A stretch of DNA of 64,000 bases, from NCBI GenBank assembly GCA_002269645.1, contig NIVC01001102.1, positions 1 through 64,000 on the forward strand, read 5' to 3'. Below are positions 26,101 through 36,975 of this stretch, piece after piece. The translations under genes were made by a program, and so were the position numbers. Below the pieces are notes generated by a model, which was not told the origin of the DNA, made no database searches, and worked only from the letters and a program-made list of their open reading frames with translations. The stretch's first letter is position 1. Every line of letters begins with the position of its first letter. The DNA comes from Macrostomum lignano. Lineage: Eukaryota.

Positions 26101-28266
26101 TTTAGCACCAGGGGCTTTATCACCAGGTGCTTTATCACCAGGTGCTTTATCACCAGGGGCTTTATCACCAGGGGCTTTATCACCAGGGGCTTTATCACCA
26201 GGGGCTTTAGCACCAGGGGCTTTAGCACCAGGGGCTTTAGCACCAGGGGCTTTAGCACCATGGGTGCCAGCTTTTGTATCCGTACAGTGCTTACATAAAA
26301 GACTGTTAAAAAGAATTCAACACACGGAACAGAAAGCCAATTTGATTCGATTAATTTCTTGCAGGTCCCGGCGGTAACTCAGACAGTTTAAAAGCGCCAG
26401 GAACCAACGCTCACGCATATGAAGGGTAAGCCTCGATGATATTTCTGATTTCTCGTTTTACTTACTTACTCAATTAGTTCCTTCATTTTTTTATTTCGAT
26501 TCTGATATAGATTGTAGTTTTAGTAATATTTTTGTTCCTTTAACTAACCTACGCGTGACAGTCACTAAACATTTTCTAAAGGCGTCTAAAACAAGAGAAA
26601 ATATAATTCTGTCCACGCACAGCGATCTGACCGACTTCACTGACAAACTTACCAACCTCTCAAATGTGTTATATCCCCTTTCTTTTCCCACCTTTCGAAA
26701 TCGAAGCAGCCATCAGCAAGGCAAGGATGCCAACGGTAATAGCCAGAGCTTGGCTTTGAGTAGTCGAGTCAGCCAAGCTCACGCCAATGGCGACTCGAAT
26801 CCGTACGCCATCGACAACGGTGCTCTGCAGACCGGCGGGGATGCCGCGTTAACTCCGCCACCACCGCCAGCATTCAGCCAAAACCTGTGCTAGACGAAAG
26901 TCAGACTTTGTTTTGAGTCTGAGCATGCACGGATCCAGATGAGGATGCCATCTTGGAGTGAAATTTAGAGCAAGAAATTATTTTAAAACAAAAAATATCA
27001 AGTTCTCATCATCAGTTGCACTCATCAAACAGCATCAGTTTGGAAACTATGACACAAAAATTTCGATATTTGTACATATATTTGCATACTCAGGTTAGTA
27101 TTATCATCGCTAGTATATGAATGTGAGCGTAACGTATTCTACATGAAAATCGTGTTGTTTAGGTTTTGTGTGACAGTTTGCACAATTAAATAATATAACA
27201 AGCGTAAGTTTGAATACACTATATACCCTGGTATAAGCTCTTAGCGGTTAGCAAGCCAAATAATCGAACGCAGCACCTTCACGCGCAACAAGAGTTTGCA
27301 TGCTTGGATAAAATTGAAGTTAATTGAGCATGATGTCGGAGAGTTTGAGCACGTGACAAGTTTTTAAATTTAAATTATATTTGCGCACTAATACCCACTT
27401 ATGCAAAATTTAAAGTTTGTTAAAATGCACAGAAATCAACGAGTATACTATTGAAATTTGCTTATATTTGTTTTGAGCATCGTGTGAAAATGTGTCCCAG
27501 CTATTGTGTTGGCTATCCGTCATCCATTCTTTTAGCTTATCCATGTGTTTTCAAATTGGCTATCAACAACTTTATCGCATCTCTTGAAATAGTTAACCAA
27601 ACTTTGAATGGAAACGTGTGTTTGAGACAACCATAAAGTTTTCTGTTACTAGAAGAGGCATATAAAACTTGGCTACTATAGTAAATGTATGCATTCAATA
27701 CCTGATATATGATATGGAGTGGACTTCTGCAGTTGCGTTGCACAAACAATTAAACAACACATTTGCTTTTAACCTCCAGAAAAAAAAACAACTTTGCTGA
27801 TTTAACAGACTTTCACAATACTTCCTAATAGTAAATCAGCTGTTCACCACTTTTACTGAACAAATTTTCAGTTCCAATCCAATTTGGATGGATCTTCACA
27901 ATGGAGCACAATTTGATAACTTCGAATTTGAAAGGTAAGATCAAATTAACTAAGAGAATTAATTTACAAAGTTTTAAGTCTTTATTGATGTTTTCTCTTA
28001 CGATTCACCCTGTCATCTTCAGTGACCGAATCTCCCATGACAGCCAGCTTCACAATCAACTCGCCTTCTGCATAAAACGTTTCGACGAACTGGAAAAATC
28101 TGTCAATTTCTACGAAGACGACACCACCGCTGGGGGTCCTAGCGGACCAAGGATTAACCTCGATGAAGATCCCAATAATGCTATTCTATCGGCCGCGGTG
28201 GAGGCTGGTCCAAACAGCCTCAGCGACCACCCAACTCTGCGAAATATGCCTACTAGTGAGATTTGA
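14331..28266 (+). CDS. Cad87A: Cad87A-like cadherin (~1939 aa, 13-14 EC repeats, TM, C-terminal PDZ-binding motif)
   Basis: 17 exons: 14331-14400, 15544-15672, 16488-16645, 17641-17700, 17780-17872, 19004-19084, 19478-20311, 20385-20549, 20633-20700, 20778-21042, 21663-24108, 24488-24619, 24935-25580, 25667-25971, 26365-26425, 27872-27934, 28023-28266. All introns GT-AG; total 5820 nt in frame. Signal peptide; 13 DxND(N)xP-type linkers; LDYE/LDRE and AxDxD motifs; TM (IALIAVACGLTVMLFFSCVSLW); cytoplasmic YRRKLKAATAVAFG...PGTNAHAYEGSNPIW and terminal PTSEI, typical of the Cad87A/CDH23 group. Confidence 0.9.
14425..14997. repeat. 23-bp minisatellite in cadherin intron 1
   Basis: Unit GGTAGGGTACCTGTCCTCTCTCT. 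Confidence 0.95.
15758..16410. repeat. 22-bp minisatellite in cadherin intron 2
   Basis: Unit ATCAAATGAAATGGCGCCTCCT, drifting to a variant higher-order unit in the 3' half. Confidence 0.95.
16827..17460 (+). mobile_element. hAT-like MITE copy with CT-rich interior, interrupted by a Penelope-like fragment
   Basis: Starts CAGGGGTCTGCGAAGCCTCTCTATCCAGGCC; CT-rich body; ends near TTGGGCCGCAG; 54-bp direct duplication at 16974-17027 and 17186-17239. Confidence 0.45.
17070..17125 (+). other. Degenerate minimal hammerhead-ribozyme-like motif followed by AATAAA (Penelope-like pLTR remnant)
   Basis: GGC CTGACGA A GAGCC CAGA GGCTT GAAA C CTTTA GCC TATAATAAA: hammerhead core boxes, 5-bp stem II, 3-bp stem I, damaged stem III. 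Confidence 0.45.
18052..18818. repeat. 20-bp minisatellite with 40-bp higher-order unit, cadherin intron 5
   Basis: CCCACCAAGAGACAAAGACG, then alternating CAAGAGACATGGACGCCCAT/TAAGAGACGGGGACGCACAT. Confidence 0.95.
19135..19404 (+). mobile_element. tRNA-derived SINE with CORE-like central domain (copy 1)
   Basis: A/B boxes (AGTGGGTAGAG; GGTTCGATTC); core GTGTCCTTGAGCAAGACACCTAAC...CTTCAGTCCACTGAGCTGTAAAATTGG; ATT-rich tail; TSD TTAAACTAA(C/T)G at 19124-19134 and 19405-19415. Confidence 0.85.
24144..24449 (+). mobile_element. tRNA-derived SINE with CORE-like central domain (copy 2)
   Basis: A box TAGCCTAGTGG; B box GGTTCGATTC; core GTGTGTCCTTGAGCAAGACACTTAA...CAGCTGTAAAATGGG resembling the MIR CORE; perfect 11-bp TSD GCTTTCTTAAG at 24133-24143 and 24450-24460. 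Confidence 0.9.
26066..26262. repeat. 15-bp minisatellite in cadherin intron 14
   Basis: Unit GGGGCTTTA(G/T)CACCA, preceded by the TIR-like end CAGGGGCGTAGCTAGG at ~26028. Confidence 0.95.
26623..26893 (+). CDS. Probable alternative terminal exon of the cadherin
   Basis: Acceptor CTGTCCACGCACAG ends at 26622; phase 2 matches the donor at 26425; 89 open codons ending PPPPPAFSQNLC-stop. Confidence 0.55.
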
Positions 28267-28383
28267 GTAGTAATTCCTTTGCACTGTTGTATTTTACAAG
28301 CACTGGGGATTTTAAAAAAGCGAATACAGCATGCTTAGTATTATTGCTTTTAATAGTATTTTCAGGCTAGTCTTTGAGTTAAG

Positions 28384-29294
28384 TAGTTGGTACTGAAGTC
28401 ACATCAGCTCTGATGGGTGTTTAGAGTTCAGTATAGTTGGTACTGAAGTCACATCAGCTCTGATGGGTGTTTAGAGTTCAGTATAGTTGGTACTGAAGTC
28501 ACATCAGCTCTGATGGGTGTTTAGAGTTCAGTATAGTTGGTACTGAAGTCACAGCAGCTCTGATGAGTGTTTAGAGTTCAGTATAGTTGGTACGGAAGTC
28601 TCAGCAGCTCTGATGAGTGTTTAGAGTTCAGTGTAGTTGGTACTGAAGTCACAGCAGCTCTGATGAGTGTTTAGAGTTCAGTATAGTTGGTACTGAAGTC
28701 ACATCAGCTCTGATGGGTGTTTAGAGTTCAGTATAGTTGGTACTGAAGTCACATCAGCTCTGATGGGTGTTTAGAGTTCAGTATAGTTGGTACTGAAGTC
28801 ACAGCAGCTCTGATGAGTGTTTAGAGTTTAGTGTAGTTAGTACGGAAGTCTCAGCAGCTCTGATGAGTGTTTAGAGTTCAGTGTAGTTGGTACGGAAGTC
28901 ACATCAGCTCTGATGGGTGTTTAGAGTTCAGTATAGTTGGTACTGAAGTCAGCAGCTCTGATGAGTGTTTAGAGTTCAGTATAGTTGGTACTGAAGTCAC
29001 AGCAGCTCTGATGAGTGTTTAGAGTTCAGTGTAGTTGGTACGGAAGTCTCAGCAGCTCTGATGAGTGTTTAGAGTTCAGTGTAGTTGGTACTGAAGTCAC
29101 AGCAGCTCTGATGAGTGTTTAGAGTTCAGTATAGTTGGTACTGAAGTCACATCAGCTCTGATGGGTGTTTAGAGTTCAGTATAGTTGGTACTGAAGTCAC
29201 AGCAGCTCTGATGAGTGTTTAGAGTTCAGTATAGTTGGTACTGAAGTCACATCAGCTCTGATGGGTGTTTAGAGTTCAGTGTAGTTGGTACTGC
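28384..29294. repeat. 50-bp tandem array (~18 copies) just 3' of the cadherin stop
   Basis: Unit GTATAGTTGGTACTGAAGTCACATCAGCTCTGATGGGTGTTTAGAGTTCA with two alternating variants. Confidence 0.95.
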
Positions 29295-31591
29295 AGCTGG
29301 AGTCAGCAACTGTCTAGAGATCTGTGAACGTAGAATAATAAGATTTTTTGACAACTGCCGTCACTTATATTTAATCCCAAATATTCTGTCAAACATTCCG
29401 AAAAAACTCCAAGAGGTTCATATTCATATTTGCTCACATTCCGTTCCTTTCAAAATATACTGTTTTGAATTTTTATTTTGTTTTACTTCTATATATGAGC
29501 GATCAATTGTTATACTTTTGTCAGTTTTATTGTGCTTGCCCCCGTGTCAGACGCGATATTAAACGATGCTTCTTTTAACGAAAAGATGCACCCGATCTTT
29601 CATTTTATGTCTAAATTTGTTGCACCATTGCTGCTCAGAAGTATATGTAAAATGTTATATATTTGCATGTATTATTGGCTATGCTGCACCATTCTCGCCA
29701 CGTTACATATATAAATAACTACATACGATTATATTATGACGAATGCTTTATTATTTTTACAACTACAGTTCACTGTACTATACATGTACAAGTAAAACGA
29801 TATTAAAATACACTGCCTACGCTAAAACTGCCCTTGACCCTGAGCAAACAGTATATATGCTACTACTGTATAAATTACCCATTGGACATTGTTGTCCGCT
29901 AAGTGTTTCCGCTAACATTCCATAATTACGTACGTATAACGTGCAGTAAGTTATTTCTTTAACTTGTATTTGCGAGCGTATCTTAATGCCGTGGCTCAAG
30001 TAGGAGTCTGTATTTTGGTATACGCCTAATTTAAACTGTATTTCATCGAGCTTCATTTTATATCGTTATAATTCATGTCGATTATAATTGGAATTTTACT
30101 AGTTTTATTAGAATTTATGCAGTTTTCAATGTTGGTTCTGTGACATTTCGCAACTGTATTTCCAATGACAGCGTTCAGATAAAAAGAGACAAATTATACT
30201 ATAAAGTTGTCAAAACATATATTTATGAGTGTATCGGACGTAATTTGCTTTGCATATGAGTTCTGACGAGATTTTGGCTCTGATTTTTTTTACTATTATG
30301 GCTATGAGTATGTATTTACATTTAAGGCTACTTAGAACGGTCATTGGCAAACCTAATTTTTGTTTAAGCGGCTATACAATTCATAGCTCCTAGTTTTCCG
30401 CAAACACGGTTTTCTGACTACAACAACAACAACAGCATGCAATACGTACATGTACATGTCCTCTGTCTGAAGGTCTCAAAATTTGAGAACAGCGACAACC
30501 GGTTCCGGTATCAGCTAGCAAAGGCTGGCGACTGTCCTCCCCGCGGTACGGTGCATGCATGCAACATTGTCAGCAGCAGCAGCTCCTACACCGGCTGTGA
30601 GTAGTATACGAATGAGGATATGGCCTGCCCAGCAGCTGGATTCACCGACGCGGTTTGGGGCGTCGATACTGTGCTGCTGACCGCTATATATTGCATGTAA
30701 AAAATCGCTCGTTCGTCGCCAATCTTTGAAGGCGGCGCGCAGCAGGCCGTCGTGCGCTGCGTCAACAGGCGGTTCGAGCTAGTCTGTCAGCGACCTCGGC
30801 GCTGCAAAGCAATTGATGGTACAAACGTTCCACATGCACCCGCCTCGAACAATTTGAACGTTTCCCTTTGGCGGTTAGTAGACAGGGCCTCGCGGACTGC
30901 CAGGAACCTCACAGAATGAAATGCAACTCAGGAAAGCCTATACGGCGGGCGTAGGGAACCAGATCGCCTGGTACATGTACATGTAGACCAATTGTTTGAC
31001 ATGGCGTATAAATTTCGCCGTCTGTCCGTTAGCGTTCGGTATACGGACTTGTAGCTAGCCTCGATGCCGACCGCTACACTACGCAGAGCTCACGATGATG
31101 CATGGTTTTATGCGCTTTTTGACCATCAGGCCGACACTCCCGCCGCAATTACAGCATCCGCAGCAGACTGCACACGTCCAGCTAGCTGTCTCTAGGCGTC
31201 CTTTAAGAGTTGAGGCATGAAGATACATGTAGCAGGGGCGAGATCGTCGGCATAGTCACTTTCTGGGTTGGCGTGACCCACGCTCGATCAGTTATTAGTT
31301 GCATGCACCAAAAACAACAAAACAACTGCATGTGCAGTACATGTACGTGACTACGATACAATTAAATACATGTGTACGGTACACATACATGTATAATACA
31401 CAATTCAATTCTCTGTTAAATGTATATATACGATCAGCGTATTTTATGGCAGTAGTTGCCAGTTCCTTGGGGCGCGACCAGAGGATGGCGCGGGGGAGGG
31501 ATACAGACGTGTTATGCCACGCCCTCCATGGAAAAAAAGAGTTAAGGTTTTAAATTTGTTAAAATTCTGGAAACTTTTGGCTCACCCTATA

Positions 31592-32893
31592 CAGCGGTGT
31601 CAGAACAGATTTCAAAGTGGGGGGGGGGGGCTATTGGTGGGAGGGCACATTGCACATTAATTTTTTTAAATCTAAGGGCACCCAAACCCCTGCTGTTATG
31701 TCAGGTGACATTAGTTGTGACAACCACGCCAATATTCAATTCTGTGTTGGAAGTGGCCAAAAGTCTGAAAAAATGTTTGAATTCTCAAACTAAATCAAAC
31801 ATTGCGCAACTGCACTGCACTATCAATTTATTTAGTAAATATCTCAAATGAATGAAAATTGACAGAGCAAGACCAGTAGTTCTCTGGATCTCTTGCCTGT
31901 CTTCTGCCTGGCTGCCTGCCTCTTGCGCTGTCTCTTTATTCTTTTATCTGATGGCATTTTAGTGCTTTAGTTGCAGTACCCTGAGGGCCAAATGTGGCCC
32001 GCAAAGCCTCTCTATCCGGCCTTGGGTCCTTTGAATCTTCACAATAGCAATCCGGCCCGCTCGATATGTTTATTATTGTGTCTCTTCTCAGCTCTCTTCC
32101 CGATCACCTCTCTCTTCTCATATTCCCCTCTCCTCTCCTCTCCTTTCCTCTCCTCTCCTCTCCTCTCTCCTTTCCTCTCCTCTCCTCTCATCTCCTCACC
32201 TCTCTCCTCTCCTTTCCTTATCCTCTCCTCTCCTCTCCCCTCTCCTTCCTCTCATCTCCTCACCTCTCCTCACCTCGCTCCTCTCCTCTCTTCTCCTCAC
32301 CACTCTCCTCTCCTCTCATCTCCCGTTTCCTCTCCATTCTCTTCTCCCTTCCCTCCTCTCCTCTCTCCTTCTCTGATCTCCTCTCTCTTATTTTTCGACT
32401 CTCCTCTTCTCATTTATCTCTCCTCTCCTCTCTCCTCTCCTATTTTATCTCTTTTCTCGTCTACTCTCCTCTCCTTTATTCCTTCGCCTCTCCTTTCTCC
32501 TGCGCTCGTATTTCGATCTCTTCTCTATTCCCTATCCTCTCTCCCGCCCGGGGACTCCTGCTGGGCGCGCGTTCGCTTAATTTATAGGGGGCTCAGCGAA
32601 GCGGACCCAGAAGGGCAGTCATGCGCTGTTCTCAATCTGGCCCTTGAGGTAAAAAGTTTGCTGACCCCTAAAAGCACTAGGCTTAGGCACTAGATAAAAA
32701 CTAATGGAATGGGATTGAGAACAAAAACATGAACTATTATATCAGCTGGTACCCTTAGCTTCCAAGACTCAGAAAAGCCAAAGCCGAATACCGGCCGACA
32801 CTTGCTTAAAATTCAAAAAGGGCACCTGCAGGATCATGCTATAAAGTGCAGGGGGGCTTCCCCATGCCCCCCCCCCCGGTTCCGACGCCCCTG
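31592..32893. mobile_element. MITE-like element with imperfect 15-bp TIRs, containing a nested hAT-like CT-rich copy (~31985-32670)
   Basis: CAGCGGTGTCAGAAC versus the reverse complement of GTTCCGACGCCCCTG (12/15 identity), with poly-G/poly-C inside the ends. Internal GGGCCAAATGTGGCCCGCAAAGCCTCTCTATCCGGCC and AAAAAGTTTGCTGACCCCT. No clear TSD. Confidence 0.4.
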
Positions 32894-33482
32894 ACCCTGT
32901 ATTGATTATGGCTCTCTGCCATGATACGAGAGTAATTGCATTGTCTATGTCAACTAGCACGCCTATTGTAAGTATACGTTCATATACAACATATAAAGGT
33001 AAAATGTAAGGACTGTACGAAAAAAAATGCAATGTAAGCGCGTTGGTGTATTTCGGATGATCAATTGTGCATGCACATGTGCACGTATGATTGCTCAGCG
33101 ATCTTTTAAATTTAAGTCCATTATTTCGTGTTAAATAAGTTTTAATAAGTTTCTAAACTTATTTATGCTGCTTTAATAATAGGAGTTAAAAAACTATTTT
33201 GTAAATATTTGTTAATATATAAAAAATAGTGCATTTTAAACGAGGAAACTGTTTCCTGCAAAACCTGAAATCGAGCCACGTCTACAGTGCAAGAATAAGG
33301 TATTATTTAATAGAATTAATATATTAGATGTCGTGGACTCGTGCTGATGCATTTCGATTGGTGACTGAAGAAAATCCATAATTAAGCCTTATATTATTTT
33401 AAACTGTTTTAATATTTCCCCAAGCTCAGTCTTGAAGATCACGCTGACGTTTATGTCGTTTTTTAGTTCGCCAGGGGCAGTG

Positions 33483-33511
33483 AGGTCAAAGGTCACTTTA
33501 GGTCATGACCC
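33483..33511 (+). promoter_or_regulatory. Cluster of nuclear-receptor half sites (DR1 + DR4 + near-IR0)
   Basis: AGGTCA A AGGTCA CTTT AGGTCA TGACCC. Confidence 0.3.
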
Positions 33512-34027
33512 TACGTTTTGTAATGTTCTCAAACTTAGTCGTCGCAATTGTATGTCACATTTTTAAAGAGCATAACAATAATAACAAAACTTTGTTGGCA
33601 TTGTACCTTGCATAACGAATTTTTGTTCTTTACTCTAGGCCTATGCTTTTTGGAATTCCAACCCGGCCTAAGCCTATGGCTAATAATGGAATTGGCAATA
33701 GTCAATTGTTGGAGGCCTACTAGGCCTACTACTTAAAATTTAATGCGCAGTTTAAAATATTGTTTTTTAATTTGTCTGTTTTATTGTTGTATAATGCATA
33801 GAAATTGTATACAGTTTATATATAGCATCTTTTAAGCTTTAATATAGTTACTATTGTCATTGATAAATAGTAATAAATTAATTATAACAATAATAAATAT
33901 TACATTTGTTTATACTTTATTTAAAAAATCAAATGACATGGTTGTGAGTGATCCAAGTTCAATATGACTATGAGTACGATATTGATAGTAATTTTTAGGT
34001 ATATATTTTCTATTAAAAAGTGCAAAT

Positions 34028-34813
34028 GGCTCATTCCATATAAGATGGACATATTTGGAAAATAGAAAAAAGTCAATATTTTTGCTTGCCATTGCCTAAT
34101 TAGCCTATTTTTTTACCAAATGTTTATATTGTACAATATATACAATCTAAGAATAAAGGAATGGTAAAATGTTGGATTAGTATGTTATCAATTGGCAAAA
34201 AGTCATTTTTGTAAAAATTTGGACATTTTTCGAAGCAAAAGACATGATTAAGATTTTGTACCTTTTAAAAACAAATAGAAAGCTTTTGAAGGTTGAAACA
34301 AACTATAGATAAAAGTATAGTACTTGCATCATCAGATAAAAGCATTGGTGACCAAATAATCTATTATATTTTTAATGTATTAGTACCTCAAAGTTACTGA
34401 ATTGACAGAAAAAAATATGTTACGACCATAATGTTACAACCATAAGGCTGCCTTTTCTTTTGTATCTTTGATGCCTTTTGAGTTTATATATTCTAATAAA
34501 AGAGTATGATTTCTAAAGATGTTCTTAGTCAAATTATAAAAATGTATTGCAAAATATCAAAAATGAAAAATGTTATAAGACTTTTACCTTTTAGTTTCTA
34601 TATGTCAAAAATCCTGTCGTTACGACCATAAGTGTCATTTAAGGTTTAATAGCATCTATACTAATGATGATATCTATATGAAACTCTATAAATATATTCT
34701 AGACAAAATAATCTTTCATTTAAAATATTGGTTTAGTATATTCTATTATTAGATTTCATTTTATAAGTAAAAATAGCCTGTCATGTTACGACCATGCTTA
34801 TATGGAATGAGCC
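34028..34813. mobile_element. Sola1-like non-autonomous DNA transposon (786-bp MITE)
   Basis: Perfect 17-bp TIRs GGCTCATTCCATATAAG (34028-34044, 34797-34813); 4-bp TSD AAAT on both sides (AWWT pattern); internal repeated GTTACGACCAT; no ORF. Confidence 0.8.
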
Positions 34814-36003
34814 AAATCATTTGACTCGTTTGAGTAAATTTATAATATATGGAATCATCTTGATCTCTTTTTTGCCTTTATTTTTAGTTTACATGTAATA
34901 TAATAATTAAGCTACTGCCTTTTATAGTTTTAGTATTAACATTGTTACATTTAAAATTAAAATATTATCTGTACATTCATTTCTGTCACTTTAACAAAAT
35001 ATTTAGTGACTGATATAGGCTTAAGCACTGCAGAATTGTGTGCTTATATCTTGTGTGCCTATATGTGTGTTTATATTAGCATTGCAGATATAAGTACTGC
35101 TGAATAAACATTGTAGAATTGTCTTAGCACTACACAAATAAGCACTGCATTGTAAGACTAATTATAGTCTTAACTTATATTTGGAATAAATTAAACTAAA
35201 ATAAAAAAATAAACTCTATTTAAAATTTTTTAAGGTTCCAATAGCAACAAGTTGTTTTTCTTATTCAAAAAGTCTTAAATACATATAAAACATCTTAACT
35301 TACTTCTAGGACCTAATAGAAAGCTTTACAATGTAAGAATTACAATTAATTTAACAATTAATGATAATAAAATAAAAATGTCTATGTCATAGTCTTAAAA
35401 GAGTATGCTGTATGCATATCACTCAAGTTATTGCATATCTTGACTTGGTCTCTCCTAAATCATTTTCTTAATAATATATAGCATTTTAATAATATTAATA
35501 TACTAACAGAGGTTGTTAGGCAGCTTCTAACTTTCCTGTCCTTATCATTATCTTATGCCTATTTCTTAGTAGCTAACCAGTTTAAGAAAGAAAAAAGCTT
35601 AATAGTAAAATAGCTAATAGCTAATAAAATAACTAATACCTATTGCCAACGATAAGCCAAAAATGTATATAAACAAATATTTTTAATGTGTCTTCTATTA
35701 CTTTTGCTATAAAAAAATTTGGCTAGCTTTTAAATTAGGCATAATATATTTTTATACTTGTGGTCACAATAGTAGTTCTTTAATTTACAAATACCACAGA
35801 AATCTATTTTATTATCTTAGCTATATATTATACTATAGCTATAATTTTATTTATAGCTTAACAAACTAGCAATCTTCGCCCCCCGTTGGGGGACATCTGT
35901 ATAGAATCTCTGTTCTCTACAAGTAACAAAAAGACAGCCAAATAAAGCCTTCACAAAGACAACAGACAAACTGCTCAAATAAAGTGTAATGCAAAAAGAA
36001 ATC

Positions 36004-36120
36004 ATCCCAAGACAGCAAGCATCCCCCAGATAGCAAGCATCCCCCAAATAGCAAGCATCCCCCAGATAGCAAGCATCCCCCAGATAGCAAGCATCCCCAA
36101 ATAGTAAGCATCCACCAGAC
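36004..36120. repeat. 18-bp minisatellite
   Basis: Unit ATCCCCCAGATAGCAAGC. Confidence 0.9.
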
Positions 36121-36214
36121 AATAAGTAGCTAGTGCCACAATTTCCTTAGCTCTATAGTGGCTCCTTTAAAATTGGCATGACGCTTACTTTTACGTTTGA
36201 AATTGTGTATCTTT

Positions 36215-36975
36215 TATGTTTGACATGGTGGCTCTTTAATGTTCGACATAGTGGCTCTTTAATGTTAGACATGGTGGCTCTTTAATTTTTGACATGGTGG
36301 CTATTTAATGTTTGACATGGAGTCACATATATGTTGGACATGGTGGCTCTTTTATGATTGACATGGTGGCTCTTTAATGTTTGACCTGGTGGCACCTCAA
36401 TGTAATGATGGCTCTTTAATGTTTGAAATGGTGGCTCTTTAATGTTCGACATGGTGGCTCTATAATCTTCGACATGGTGGCTCTTTAATGTTCGATATGG
36501 TGGCTCTTTAATGTTAGACATGGTGGCTCTTTAATGCTCGACATGGTGGTCCTTTTATGCTTCACATGGTGGCTCTTAAATGTTTGACATGTTGGTCCTT
36601 TTATGTTTGACATGGTGGCTCTTTAATGTTTGACATGGTGGCTCTTTTATGTTTGACATAATGGCTCTTTAATGTTCTACATGGTGGCTTTTTTATTTTT
36701 GACATGGTGGCTCTTTTTTAATGTTTGGCATGGTGGCTCTTTAATGTTCGACATGGTGGCTCTTTAATGTTAGACATGGTGGCTCTTTAATTTTTGACAT
36801 GGTGGCTCTTTAATGTTCGATATGGTGGTCCTTTTATGCTTGACATTGTGGCTCTTTAATGTTTGACATGTTGGTCCTATTATGTTTGACATGGTGGCTC
36901 TTTAATGTTTGGCATGGTGGCTCTTTAATGTTTGACATGGTGGCTCTTTAATGTTAGACATGGTGGCTCTTTAAT
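36215..36975. repeat. 23-bp minisatellite
   Basis: Unit GACATGGTGGCTCTTTAATGTTT. Confidence 0.95.

Noticed and set aside
10032-29294. CRISPR-like appearance of the 44-bp and 50-bp palindromic arrays
   Set aside because: Units are contiguous with no unique spacers, there are no cas genes, and the context is eukaryotic.
28384-29294. Hammerhead or C/D-box snoRNA reading of the 50-bp unit (CTGATGA ... CTGA)
   Set aside because: No GAAA box or stem III and no terminal stem; half the units have CTGATGG instead.
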